Position numbers and translations under genes: made by a program. DNA of 41,786 nt from the NCBI GenBank assembly GCA_023131935.1, contig JAGLYY010000002.1, positions 1 through 41,786 on the forward strand, in the 5' to 3' direction. This stretch comes from Spirochaetales bacterium (GTDB lineage Bacteria; Spirochaetota; Spirochaetia; JAGLYY01). The notes beneath the pieces were generated by a model. The model was not told the origin of the DNA, ran no database searches, and worked only from the letters and a program-made list of their open reading frames with translations. How positions within the stretch are numbered: the stretch's first letter is position 1; the number at the start of each line of letters is the position of its first letter. Below are positions 1 through 7,841 of the stretch, piece after piece.

Positions 1-1893
1 ACCTTCACCGATGAGGGGATGAACCACATTGAAAAGCTGCTCCTTCACGCAAAAGCTATTGAAGGCTCCCTTTTTGTAGATGAAAATTTTGAATACATCC
101 ATTATTTCACCCAGGCCATGAAAGCCCATCTGCTTTTCCACCGTGACGTTGATTACATGCTACAGGATGAAAAAGTGGAAATCGTCGATGAGTTTACCGG
201 TCGTGTTCTACATGGCCGGAGATACTCCGATGGTCTTCATCAGGCCATTGAGGCGAAGGAGGGAATCAAGGTTGCAAAGAGAAACAGGACCCTCGCCACC
301 ATCACTTTCCAGAACTTTTTCAGGATGTATGACAAAATTTCAGGCATGACCGGTACCGCGGATACGGAAGCCACGGAGTTCGCGAAAATCTACAACCTCG
401 ATGTTGTCGTTATTCCGACAAATCTGCCGGTGATTCGCTCCGATGAAAATGATGTCATCTACTTCACCGCGAAATTCAAATTTGACGCCATAGTAGAAGA
501 AATTTCCAAGGTTCACTCGAAAGGTCAGCCCCTCCTCGTAGGTACGGTTTCCATCGAAAAATCGGAACTTCTGTCAAAACTCCTCACCGGTAAGGGCATC
601 CGCCATGAAGTATTGAATGCTAAAAATCACCAGAGGGAAGCCCTTATCATCGCCGAAGCCGGAGCGAAAGGTTCGGTCACTATCGCGACAAATATGGCAG
701 GCCGCGGTACTGATATCAAGCTTGGGGGGAATCCCGATTTCCGGGCCGGACGGAGAGCTGGTACAAATGTCTCTAAAGAGGAGTATGAAAAAGTCTATCA
801 TGAAGAATTCGAGAAGTGGATGAAGGACTACCAGGAGATACGAGATCTCGGGGGCCTCTATGTGCTGGCCACTGAACGTCATGAATCACGCCGAATCGAC
901 AATCAGCTTCGCGGGCGTTCAGGGAGACAGGGAGACCCCGGGAAATCCCGGTTTTTTATCTCTCTCGATGATGATCTTATGCGCCTTTTCGCCAATGAGT
1001 CTGTTCGAAACCTTATGGGAAAGGCCGGGATGAGTTCCGGGGAGCCCCTCTTTCATCCATGGATAAATAACGCCATAGAAAAAGCTCAGTCCAAGGTAGA
1101 GGAACGCAACTTTGAAATCAGAAAACACCTCCTCGAATATGATGATGTCCTCAACGAGCAGCGGAAGTTCATCTATGATCAGCGTGACGGCATTATTGAT
1201 GATGAAAAGCTCTCTGATCGAATTCACACGGTGGCGGTTGAACTTGGAGAGGAGATATTCGAAAAGTATCCCTTTGGGTCCGATGCTACCGAAAGTTCAA
1301 TGAAAAGCTTACTTGGCGAACTGAGATCCTCCTTTTTCTTCACACCCCATGATACGACGGCGGAGTTACAAACCCTGTCCCGGCAGGATTTTCAGAATAC
1401 ATTTATCGATTATCTGACCAGGGATCTGGAAGAAAAGAACACTCAAATCGGGAAACAGCAATTAGATGCGTTTATCAGGTATGAATACTTACGTGCCATT
1501 GACCAGAAGTGGCAGGACCACCTGGAAAACCTTGAAGCCCTCCGCGAAGCTGTATATCTCCGGTCTTACGCGCAGAAAAACCCCCTCCTGGAATATAAAC
1601 TTGAGGGTTTTCAGATTTTTGATCGGCTTATCGAGGATATTCGCAAGACCGTAACCCAGAAGATTGTGCGGGTAAAGGTTCAGGAACCACAGACCAGAGG
1701 GTATCGGGCACCGAAAACGATCCAGGCCTCACACCAGGAGTATGGCCAGTTCGGGTCAGCACCAACATCCCGGCAGGGACAGGCCAACAGGCCTGAGAAA
1801 GCCCAGGTACGGCGTCAGGTTCCAAAAGTCGGACGAAATGAGCCCTGTCCCTGTGGAAGCGGAAAGAAGTACAAACATTGCTGCGGCAGGTAA
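1..1893 (+). CDS. secA: Preprotein translocase ATPase SecA, C-terminal ~630 aa (5' end lies upstream of the window)
   Basis: Frame is open from base 1 (TFTDEG precedes the first Met at 19). Motifs VDEFTGR and [16 protein letters not shown] are present, plus the C-terminal zinc-binding tail [15 protein letters not shown]. Confidence 0.95.
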   Translation, partial: TFTDEGMNHIEKLLLHAKAIEGSLFVDENFEYIHYFTQAMKAHLLFHRDVDYMLQDEKVEIVDEFTGRVLHGRRYSDGLHQAIEAKEGIKVAKRNRTLATITFQNFFRMYDKISGMTGTADTEATEFAKIYNLDVVVIPTNLPVIRSDENDVIYFTAKFKFDAIVEEISKVHSKGQPLLVGTVSIEKSELLSKLLTGKGIRHEVLNAKNHQREALIIAEAGAKGSVTIATNMAGRGTDIKLGGNPDFRAGRRAGTNVSKEEYEKVYHEEFEKWMKDYQEIRDLGGLYVLATERHESRRIDNQLRGRSGRQGDPGKSRFFISLDDDLMRLFANESVRNLMGKAGMSSGEPLFHPWINNAIEKAQSKVEERNFEIRKHLLEYDDVLNEQRKFIYDQRDGIIDDEKLSDRIHTVAVELGEEIFEKYPFGSDATESSMKSLLGELRSSFFFTPHDTTAELQTLSRQDFQNTFIDYLTRDLEEKNTQIGKQQLDAFIRYEYLRAIDQKWQDHLENLEALREAVYLRSYAQKNPLLEYKLEGFQIFDRLIEDIRKTVTQKIVRVKVQEPQTRGYRAPKTIQASHQEYGQFGSAPTSRQGQANRPEKAQVRRQVPKVGRNEPCPCGSGKKYKHCCGR

Positions 1894-2040
1894 GAAAGAG
1901 TTGTTTCCCCTTTCGGCAAATCGGAGGGAAGGTCATAAGCATACACCCGCAGCAGGGTAAAGAGCGCAAAGAGCGCCAGCAGAAAAAAAAGTAGCTTTCT
2001 CATCATCCTCCTCACTATAATTAAGGAAACCGGCAGCCGT

Positions 2041-3243
2041 TCACTGATACAGGAAATTGAGAGGATTTTCTGCATCACCATACCGGTAAATCGCGAAATG
2101 GAGGTGAGAGCCCGTGCTTCTCCCGGAGTTCCCCATGGCGGCGATCTTCTGTTGCTGGCTGACCCACTGTCCTACCCGCACGTTATAACTTAAAAGGTGG
2201 GCATAAAGGGTCTGATAACCGTTGGAGTGACGGATTACCACATACTTCCCATACCCCTTTGGATTGTCCCCAATACTGACAACCTTTCCAGCCTGGGACG
2301 CATATACAGGTGTTCCTACGGCGGCGGCAAGGTCTACTCCATAGTGCATGCGCCGCACACCGGTAAAAGGATCGATCCGATAGCCGAAACCGGATGTGAA
2401 CCTGAAACGTTTGACCGGATAGAGAAAAAGGGTCCCCATTGCAAGCTTATAGGTATATGCGCTCATTTCTCCGCCGGGGATAATCAATTCCTGCCCGGGC
2501 TGAAGGATATCGGAAAGCATATCATTAGCGTCAAGGATCCTGGTAAAAGGGACATCATAGTGGTCGGCAATACCGTTCAGACTTTCCCCGGCAGCTACTT
2601 TATGAATCACCCCGTCGATATTGGGAATTACAAGCTTTGCTCCAATAGGTACACGACGTACATCTTTTATTTGGTTCCAGCTTATAAGGGTCTGATCAGA
2701 CAGTCCGTAGCGGTCCGCGATTTCCGAAAGGGTATCTCCCGCTTCAACGGTGTAAGTGGATTTCTTAATAATAGCCAGTAACGAAGAATCCGGAATCTGG
2801 ATATCACCCGATCCCTGGCCATAATACCCGGGTGTGCTGTATTCGAGGAGCAGGGAGTCAACAAGCGCCTCCTCCGGAACATCAAGGGCGGTAGACAGGA
2901 AAACAAGTTTACTGTGCTGGGAGAGTATAATGGAGATGACGATGAACACCGCCAGACCGACCCCCCCAAGGGCGATATACCCCCATTTCCTGTCCAGGGA
3001 CTTAATATCATGGATCGTCTGTTTGATACTTCGAAAGAAGGCGCGTATATCCAGGGAAAACAGATGATTTAGCGAACTGAGAGTTTTCCCGGCTGATCTC
3101 TTCTTTGCTTTTTGAGCATTCCCCCCGGAGTTCTTTTTCCAAACCCGCTGCTTCATTTTATTTTTCCTGAGGGACAACCCTTTTGACAGAGGGAGAGACC
3201 CCATTCTTTTGCTGATACGCTGTTTGATAATCAAATTCATCAT
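2041..3243 (-). CDS. Membrane-anchored LysM-LysM-M23 peptidoglycan endopeptidase
   Basis: Basic N-terminus followed by a TM segment (WGYIALGGVGLAVFIVISIILS). Two LysM-like repeats (YTVEAGDTLSEIADRYGL..., HKVAAGESLNGIADHYDV...). M23 signature HYGVDLAA...GYGKYVVIRH...GNSGRSTGSHLHFAIY. Confidence 0.9.
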   Translation of the reverse strand: MMNLIIKQRISKRMGSLPLSKGLSLRKNKMKQRVWKKNSGGNAQKAKKRSAGKTLSSLNHLFSLDIRAFFRSIKQTIHDIKSLDRKWGYIALGGVGLAVFIVISIILSQHSKLVFLSTALDVPEEALVDSLLLEYSTPGYYGQGSGDIQIPDSSLLAIIKKSTYTVEAGDTLSEIADRYGLSDQTLISWNQIKDVRRVPIGAKLVIPNIDGVIHKVAAGESLNGIADHYDVPFTRILDANDMLSDILQPGQELIIPGGEMSAYTYKLAMGTLFLYPVKRFRFTSGFGYRIDPFTGVRRMHYGVDLAAAVGTPVYASQAGKVVSIGDNPKGYGKYVVIRHSNGYQTLYAHLLSYNVRVGQWVSQQQKIAAMGNSGRSTGSHLHFAIYRYGDAENPLNFLYQ

Positions 3244-3314
3244 AACCTATCTTTGATATCGACAAGAATCGGTCTGCATATTACTATTTAGAGGTATCAT
3301 ATCATGAAAGAGCA

Positions 3315-3340
3315 TTAACTGTCCTCTTTATTACCGATAT
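3315..3340 (+). promoter_or_regulatory. Candidate sigma-28 (FliA/SigD)-type promoter upstream of the PBP-maf pair
   Basis: TTAA-N14-ACCGATAT compared with the consensus TAAA-N15-GCCGATAT/A. The -10 matches 7/8, the -35 matches 3/4 with the spacer one nt short. It lies about 70 nt upstream of the TTG start at 3409. Sequence resemblance only. Confidence 0.2.
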
Positions 3341-3408
3341 ATTATGAGATAGAATAGAAACCGGTAATCTGATTCACAGATGGATTTTCGGAGGGAGGAT
3401 GAACAAGC

Positions 3409-5277
3409 TTGAAGAAAGGCTTCAGTGAAAAAAGAAACCTTAGGCGATTTTCCCTGTTCAGTATCTTTACCGCCTTCGTTATCCTTCTCATCCTGTGGAA
3501 ATACTTTACCGTGATGATCCTGGAGCGTCCTGATAAAATACCCTTTGAAGAATCTGTCTATGCGGCTGAGAGGGGCCCAATCCTAGATCGGAACGGCAGG
3601 GTGCTCGCGATACAAACCCGCCTTTACACCGTCAGCGCGTGGATTCCAAACATTATTGACCGGAATGAGACCGCTTTACTTCTCGGCCGGATCCTTGATA
3701 TTGATCCTGATAATCTTCTTGATGATTTTGATTCCAAACGGGGGTATATGTTTATTAAACGGAAAATCTCCCCGACGGAATCCGACAGGATCCAGCAGCA
3801 CCTTGATGAGGGAAAACTTAAAGGGATAAGTCTTGAACCTGAGTATGGACGAAGCTACCCGGAGAAAGCAATCGGGTCTCATCTCCTCGGGTATGTCGGC
3901 ACCGATAATACCGGTTTAAACGGCATTGAATATACCTTCGATGATGTTCTCGCCCCGAAAAGCACATCAAAAGAATCTTACGGTAATCAGATTTACCTGA
4001 CCATTGATTTGAATATCCAATATATGGCTGAAAAACTGGCAAGGGAGGCTTTTGAAACCTACAACCCGGACTCGGTAATGATTCTCGCCATGGATTCAAG
4101 AAACGGGAATATGCTCGCATGGGTTTCTATCCCTGAATTTGATCCAAACACCTTTTACTCTTTTTCAGAGTCTGAGAGGATGAACAGACCCCTCTCTATG
4201 GCATATGAACCAGGCTCTGTATTCAAGATTTTTTCTCTTGCTTCCCTCCTGGAAACAGGCAGTGTGACGGAAGAAAGTTCTTTCTTCTGTGACGGAGCTT
4301 ATGAGCACCCCTCCTTCCCTGAATCTATCAATTGCCTGGGAGTACACCACTGGGTAAATCCGAGACTTATTATCAAATACTCCTGTAATTCCGGAGCCGC
4401 GGCCGCTTCGGAATCGATTTCCAACCAGGGGATGTATGACATGCTCAAATCCTTTGGTTTCGGAACTCAGACCCAGCTTCCGATACCCGGCGAGAGCTCC
4501 GGACTGTTCCGTTCCCCCGACAGGTGGTCTGCCCGGTCAAAACCTACCATTTCAATCGGCCAGGAGATCTCAGTTTCTGCTATACAGATGGTAACCGCTG
4601 CCACCGCCCTCGCAAACAAGGGCCAGCTCCTTAAACCTCACATCATAGACAGGGTTATCACTCAGGAAGGAAAAATCATCAAAGAATACGAAAGAGAAGC
4701 CCTTCGGGAAGTGTTATCCCCAAGGGTAGCGTCATCAATTCTTGAAATGATGACTGCGTCGGTGGAAACCGGGGGAACAGCTCACCGCGCAAAGATCGAA
4801 GGGATACGAATGTCAGCAAAAACAGGGACAGCCCAGATCATCGATCCCGCCACTAATTCCTATTCCCACGATGCTTTCCTTGCCTCCTGTCTCAGTATCT
4901 TCCCCACTGATAACCCTCAGATCATACTCTATGTTGTGATTGAACACCCAAGGGGGGAAGAGATCTATGGAGGCAGAATCGCGGCACCGATAGTAAAAGA
5001 CCTCGGAGAGCAAATTATCACCTACTTAGGCATCCCCACGGAAAACGAAAGAGTCCTGGAACACTCAGGGAAGATTTTCATCACAAAAAAACAGCCCCTC
5101 AGATTGGGGGAGATACTCCCTGATTTCACCGGAATGCCGAAACGGGACCTTCTTCCTCTTTTTCAGGACCCGAGAATACACCTCTCAATAACCGGTGAAG
5201 GCTGGGTAATAAGACAAAACCCTGGTCCGGGAACGAAGATAACTGAAGGAATGACAATTGAACTGGAGCTTGAATGA
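3409..5277 (+). CDS. Class B penicillin-binding protein (PBP2/FtsI-type transpeptidase) with C-terminal PASTA domain
   Basis: N-terminal TM anchor. Transpeptidase motifs SVFK (SxxK), SCN (SxN) and KTGTA (KTG). PASTA-like tail ILPDFTGMPKRDLL...ITGEGWVIRQNPGPGTKI. TTG start 10 nt after GAGGGAGG. Confidence 0.9.
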   Translation: MKKGFSEKRNLRRFSLFSIFTAFVILLILWKYFTVMILERPDKIPFEESVYAAERGPILDRNGRVLAIQTRLYTVSAWIPNIIDRNETALLLGRILDIDPDNLLDDFDSKRGYMFIKRKISPTESDRIQQHLDEGKLKGISLEPEYGRSYPEKAIGSHLLGYVGTDNTGLNGIEYTFDDVLAPKSTSKESYGNQIYLTIDLNIQYMAEKLAREAFETYNPDSVMILAMDSRNGNMLAWVSIPEFDPNTFYSFSESERMNRPLSMAYEPGSVFKIFSLASLLETGSVTEESSFFCDGAYEHPSFPESINCLGVHHWVNPRLIIKYSCNSGAAAASESISNQGMYDMLKSFGFGTQTQLPIPGESSGLFRSPDRWSARSKPTISIGQEISVSAIQMVTAATALANKGQLLKPHIIDRVITQEGKIIKEYEREALREVLSPRVASSILEMMTASVETGGTAHRAKIEGIRMSAKTGTAQIIDPATNSYSHDAFLASCLSIFPTDNPQIILYVVIEHPRGEEIYGGRIAAPIVKDLGEQIITYLGIPTENERVLEHSGKIFITKKQPLRLGEILPDFTGMPKRDLLPLFQDPRIHLSITGEGWVIRQNPGPGTKITEGMTIELELE

Positions 5278-7085
5278 GTTTCTTCGATGAAAATGTTAAG
5301 GTAATTTCCAGGCGTCATCAGCGATTCCAGGATGAGGTCGTCGAACAATTTTCCCCATCCGGTGAACTCGAGATTCTCGACACCCCCGCGGGAAACCCGA
5401 CCGCCCGGCTTGACGGAGTCTACCTTTATTCCCGATACAACCCAAAAAGGGAAGCGGAAAGAACGATCCAAAAGGGATTCGATGGGAAGGGCGGATGTTT
5501 TGTCATTTTCGGATTTGGATTGGGCTATCACCCCCAGTGCATTCTGGAACAGATTCCTGACTGCCAGGTTATCATTGTTGAACCTGATATTCCCCTCTTC
5601 CTTGAATCTCTTAAAAGCAGAGATCTGAAGGAACTCCTTATTTCCGACCGGGTCCATCTTGTCCTCAGTAATTCACCGGAATCGGTATTGAACCTTGTTA
5701 AAAGGTTTCCGGAGCTTCCGGTAAAAATTTTCCGCCTGAGGGGGGTTCTTGAGAGAAACAGGGATTATTTCAGTTCCCTGGATACCACCCTCGAGACTTT
5801 TTTAAAACAACGGCAGGTTAACGATAATACCCTGAAACGGTTCGGTAAATTGTGGATCAGGAACTTAATGGCGAATGTTCCCACCCTGGCACGATCTCCG
5901 GGAATCAGCTCGCTTAAGGGCATCGCGGAGGGGTTACCCGCCCTTCTTCTTGCCGCGGGGCCATCCCTCGACAGGACCCTGCCCTGCCTGCGTGATCTGC
6001 GGGACCGCTTTCTCATTATTGCTGTCGATACAAGTCTCAGGGCATCCCTAAGGGCTGGGGTGGAGCCTGATTTTGTACTGGTAATTGATCCGCAATACTG
6101 GAACACCCGGCATCTCGATGGTACAAAGTTACAGAAAACGATCCTGATTTCAGAATCTTCCACCCATCCCCGTACATTCCGGATCGTCAAAGGTAAAACC
6201 TTTTTCTGTCAATCCATTTTCCCCCTTGGTACATATCTTGAAAAACATACAAACATTACCGGGAAATTGGGTGCCGGGGGATCGGTTGCCACAAGCGCCT
6301 GGGATTTTGCCCGTTTCCTCGGGTGCTCCCGGGTCTTCGCGGCAGGTCTTGATCTCGGATTTCCGGAATTGAAAACACACTTCCACGGCGCCTGGTTTGA
6401 AGAACTGAGCCATATCAAGAGTACCCGGTTGTCCCCTGCCGAATCGGACAGTTTTCACGCCCTCCGGGACGCAGGGCCTTTTCCCGTTGCGAACAACAGC
6501 GGTGGTCAGACATTTACCGATAACAGGTTGATTATCTATAAATGGTGGTTCGAGAATCAGATCAACAGAAATCCCGCTGAAGAATATTACAATGTTTCCC
6601 CCGAAGGAATAAAAATTGAAGGGATGACGCTCCGGGAGCTGGATGAACTTTTAACCTTCCCCTATGTCCGGGACAGGATAAATAAACTCATGGATAGAGC
6701 ATTTACTATCCCCGATCCCGATAATTACCCTTACATTCTCTCCGCCCTCAAGAATCTGAAAGAGCAGCTGGAAGCTTTATCTCATGCCGCAAGAAAGGGA
6801 ATTCACCATACTGAATTTCTGCGGAAACTCCTCACAACAGGAAAGCCAATTGGGCATGTATTGGAGCATCTCGATTCAATTGACAGGCAAATCCTTCAAT
6901 CGGTATCAAAAGATATCGCCGCTTTTCTCCTCCAGCCTCTGATCCGGGAAATAATGGAAAGCGCTGAAGGATCAGATCCTCTGGCGATATTAGATACCTC
7001 AGACAGAATTTACCGGGAACTTCTCGATGTATGCGAATACCATCTCCTCCATATTAAGGTTCCTTTTGATTATTCCGATATATAG
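5274..7085 (+). CDS. DUF115 / MptE-like 'motility accessory factor' (Maf)-family protein, putative flagellin glycosyltransferase-type
   Basis: N-terminal ...LYSRYNPKREAE... motif. Core LLLAAGPSLD...FLIIAVDTSL...GVEPDFVLVIDPQ is typical of Maf/DUF115 proteins of about 600 aa. The ATG overlaps the PBP stop (ATGA at 5274-5277). Confidence 0.7.
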   Translation: MSFFDENVKVISRRHQRFQDEVVEQFSPSGELEILDTPAGNPTARLDGVYLYSRYNPKREAERTIQKGFDGKGGCFVIFGFGLGYHPQCILEQIPDCQVIIVEPDIPLFLESLKSRDLKELLISDRVHLVLSNSPESVLNLVKRFPELPVKIFRLRGVLERNRDYFSSLDTTLETFLKQRQVNDNTLKRFGKLWIRNLMANVPTLARSPGISSLKGIAEGLPALLLAAGPSLDRTLPCLRDLRDRFLIIAVDTSLRASLRAGVEPDFVLVIDPQYWNTRHLDGTKLQKTILISESSTHPRTFRIVKGKTFFCQSIFPLGTYLEKHTNITGKLGAGGSVATSAWDFARFLGCSRVFAAGLDLGFPELKTHFHGAWFEELSHIKSTRLSPAESDSFHALRDAGPFPVANNSGGQTFTDNRLIIYKWWFENQINRNPAEEYYNVSPEGIKIEGMTLRELDELLTFPYVRDRINKLMDRAFTIPDPDNYPYILSALKNLKEQLEALSHAARKGIHHTEFLRKLLTTGKPIGHVLEHLDSIDRQILQSVSKDIAAFLLQPLIREIMESAEGSDPLAILDTSDRIYRELLDVCEYHLLHIKVPFDYSDI

Positions 7086-7118
7086 TACAGGCGGACTTGA
7101 ACACTATTGTTCGTCTGT

Positions 7119-7161
7119 AAAACGGTATGCGTAAGACGTCCAGGCATACCGTTTTTTATTT
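7119..7161. terminator. Rho-independent, probably bidirectional, terminator after the maf-like gene
   Basis: 12-bp stem aaaacggtatgc (7119-7130) / gcataccgtttt (7144-7155) with a 13-nt loop, followed by ttttttattt. The A-run on the left gives a U-tract when read on the minus strand. Confidence 0.7.
7140..7161 (+). repeat. Left copy of the 22-bp direct repeat (part of the intact terminator)
   Basis: Exact match to 7817-7838. Confidence 0.9.
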
Positions 7162-7189
7162 ATATTGCTTCACAGTAAAGATTTTATTT

Positions 7190-7651
7190 TCACACTACAG
7201 CATTCCGAAAACCATCGCGAACTGCTTCAAATACCGTAACAATATTGGACTTGAAGTTGCAGTAGTAACCCATAATGTTTACCGTAGGGAACGGTTTAAA
7301 ACCGTTCCCTACGGTATCAACACGGTTCCCTACGGTATCAACACGGTTCCCTACGTCATCAACACCATTCCCCATATAACTATATATGTTGATAATTTGT
7401 ACAATTCCATGTAAATGATCGGGCATGATTATACATGTATCCAATAAACAATTATGATAATTGTTTGTTAAATCGTTCCAGCAATATTTCACAATTTCAC
7501 CATATTTGTTTAATTTCATTTCGTTATTTTCAATGTTTCCAAAAATATTCTGACCTCTTACAACAGGCTGTACGCAGATCGTCACATAATAATAACCTTT
7601 GCTTGAATAATCATTATTTTTCTGCCTGTTCATTTTCCGCCCCTTTTTCAT
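7190..7651 (-). CDS. IS200/RAYT-like HUH (Y1) transposase-family protein, apparently C-terminally truncated (probable pseudogene or remnant)
   Basis: GYYYVTICV...FGNIENNEMKLNKYGEIV...LLDTCIIMPDHLHGIV matches the N-terminal beta-strand and HUH motif of the widespread COG1943-type 'transposase' family. The ORF stops shortly after the ...FKS... helix, and I cannot find the downstream WQRNYYEH-type catalytic-Tyr segment in any frame. AT-rich codon usage. The alternative start at Met7 (7633) has a better SD. Confidence 0.65.
   Translation of the reverse strand: MKKGRKMNRQKNNDYSSKGYYYVTICVQPVVRGQNIFGNIENNEMKLNKYGEIVKYCWNDLTNNYHNCLLDTCIIMPDHLHGIVQIINIYSYMGNGVDDVGNRVDTVGNRVDTVGNGFKPFPTVNIMGYYCNFKSNIVTVFEAVRDGFRNAVV
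7280..7316. repeat. Perfect 37-nt palindrome (18-bp arms) inside the HUH ORF
   Basis: In taccgtagggaacggtttaaaaccgttccctacggta, every position i pairs with position 38-i (checked by hand). Confidence 0.9.
7301..7363. repeat. 3 x 21-bp in-frame tandem repeat (a degenerate 4th unit extends to about 7384)
   Basis: Units are accgttccctacggtatcaac / acggttccctacggtatcaac / acggttccctacgtcatcaac. They encode the repeated heptapeptide VGNRVDT on the minus strand. The first unit forms the right arm of the palindrome. Confidence 0.9.
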
Positions 7652-7676
7652 TCAATCCATACAATCTAGGAACTTA

Positions 7677-7690
7677 GCACGACAGCGAAC
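7677..7690. repeat. Left arm of a 14-bp inverted repeat (13/14 match) flanking an AT-rich 114-bp spacer
   Basis: gcacgacagcgaac compared with the reverse complement of 7805-7818 (gcactacagcgaac). Confidence 0.8.
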
Positions 7691-7804
7691 TTTTTTTTAT
7701 GAAGATAATTTAGTGCATAAAACCAAGATTTCTGTGTAATTAATACTGAATTTCAAGTAAATTAGATGATAATTTTAAACGAATTTAATTGAAATTAGGA
7801 AAGG

Positions 7805-7818
7805 TTCGCTGTAGTGCC
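7805..7818. repeat. Right arm of the 14-bp inverted repeat, abutting the right 22-bp direct repeat
   Basis: Sequence is gttcgctgtagtgc. Its 9-mer gctgtagtg is also the inverted copy of cactacagc at 7193-7201, which covers the last three codons of the HUH ORF. Confidence 0.8.
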
Positions 7819-7838
7819 AGGCATACCGTTTTTTATTT
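7817..7838 (+). repeat. Right copy of the 22-bp direct repeat (terminator right arm and T-tract, without the left arm)
   Basis: Exact match to 7140-7161. It ends 3 nt before the cheA stop codon. Confidence 0.9.
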
Positions 7839-7841
7839 TTT

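Larger units (their letters stand above)
7140..7838. mobile_element. Decayed insertion (HUH-transposase remnant plus AT-rich module) bounded by exact 22-bp direct repeats
   Basis: ccaggcataccgttttttattt occurs at 7140-7161 and again at 7817-7838. The 655 bp between the copies is strongly AT-rich and encodes only a truncated IS200/RAYT-like ORF. Confidence 0.55.

Noticed and set aside
3399-3428. Nine-codon mini-ORF (ATG directly after GAGGGAGG: MNKLEERLQ) overlapping the TTG start of the PBP gene in another frame, considered as a leader peptide.
   Set aside because: The SD abuts the ATG with no spacing, so initiation is unlikely. The same SD is at reasonable distance (10 nt) from the PBP TTG start.
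7301-7363. Whether the 21-bp tandem repeat could be a small CRISPR array.
   Set aside because: The units are directly adjacent with no spacers, there are only three of them, they lie inside an ORF, and no cas genes are present.
7127-7414. Plus-strand 95-aa ORF with repeated TVPYGIN heptads.
   Set aside because: It starts inside the terminator hairpin, and its repeat is simply the opposite-strand reading of the 21-bp tandem repeat. The minus-strand frame has the recognisable HUH-family similarity.
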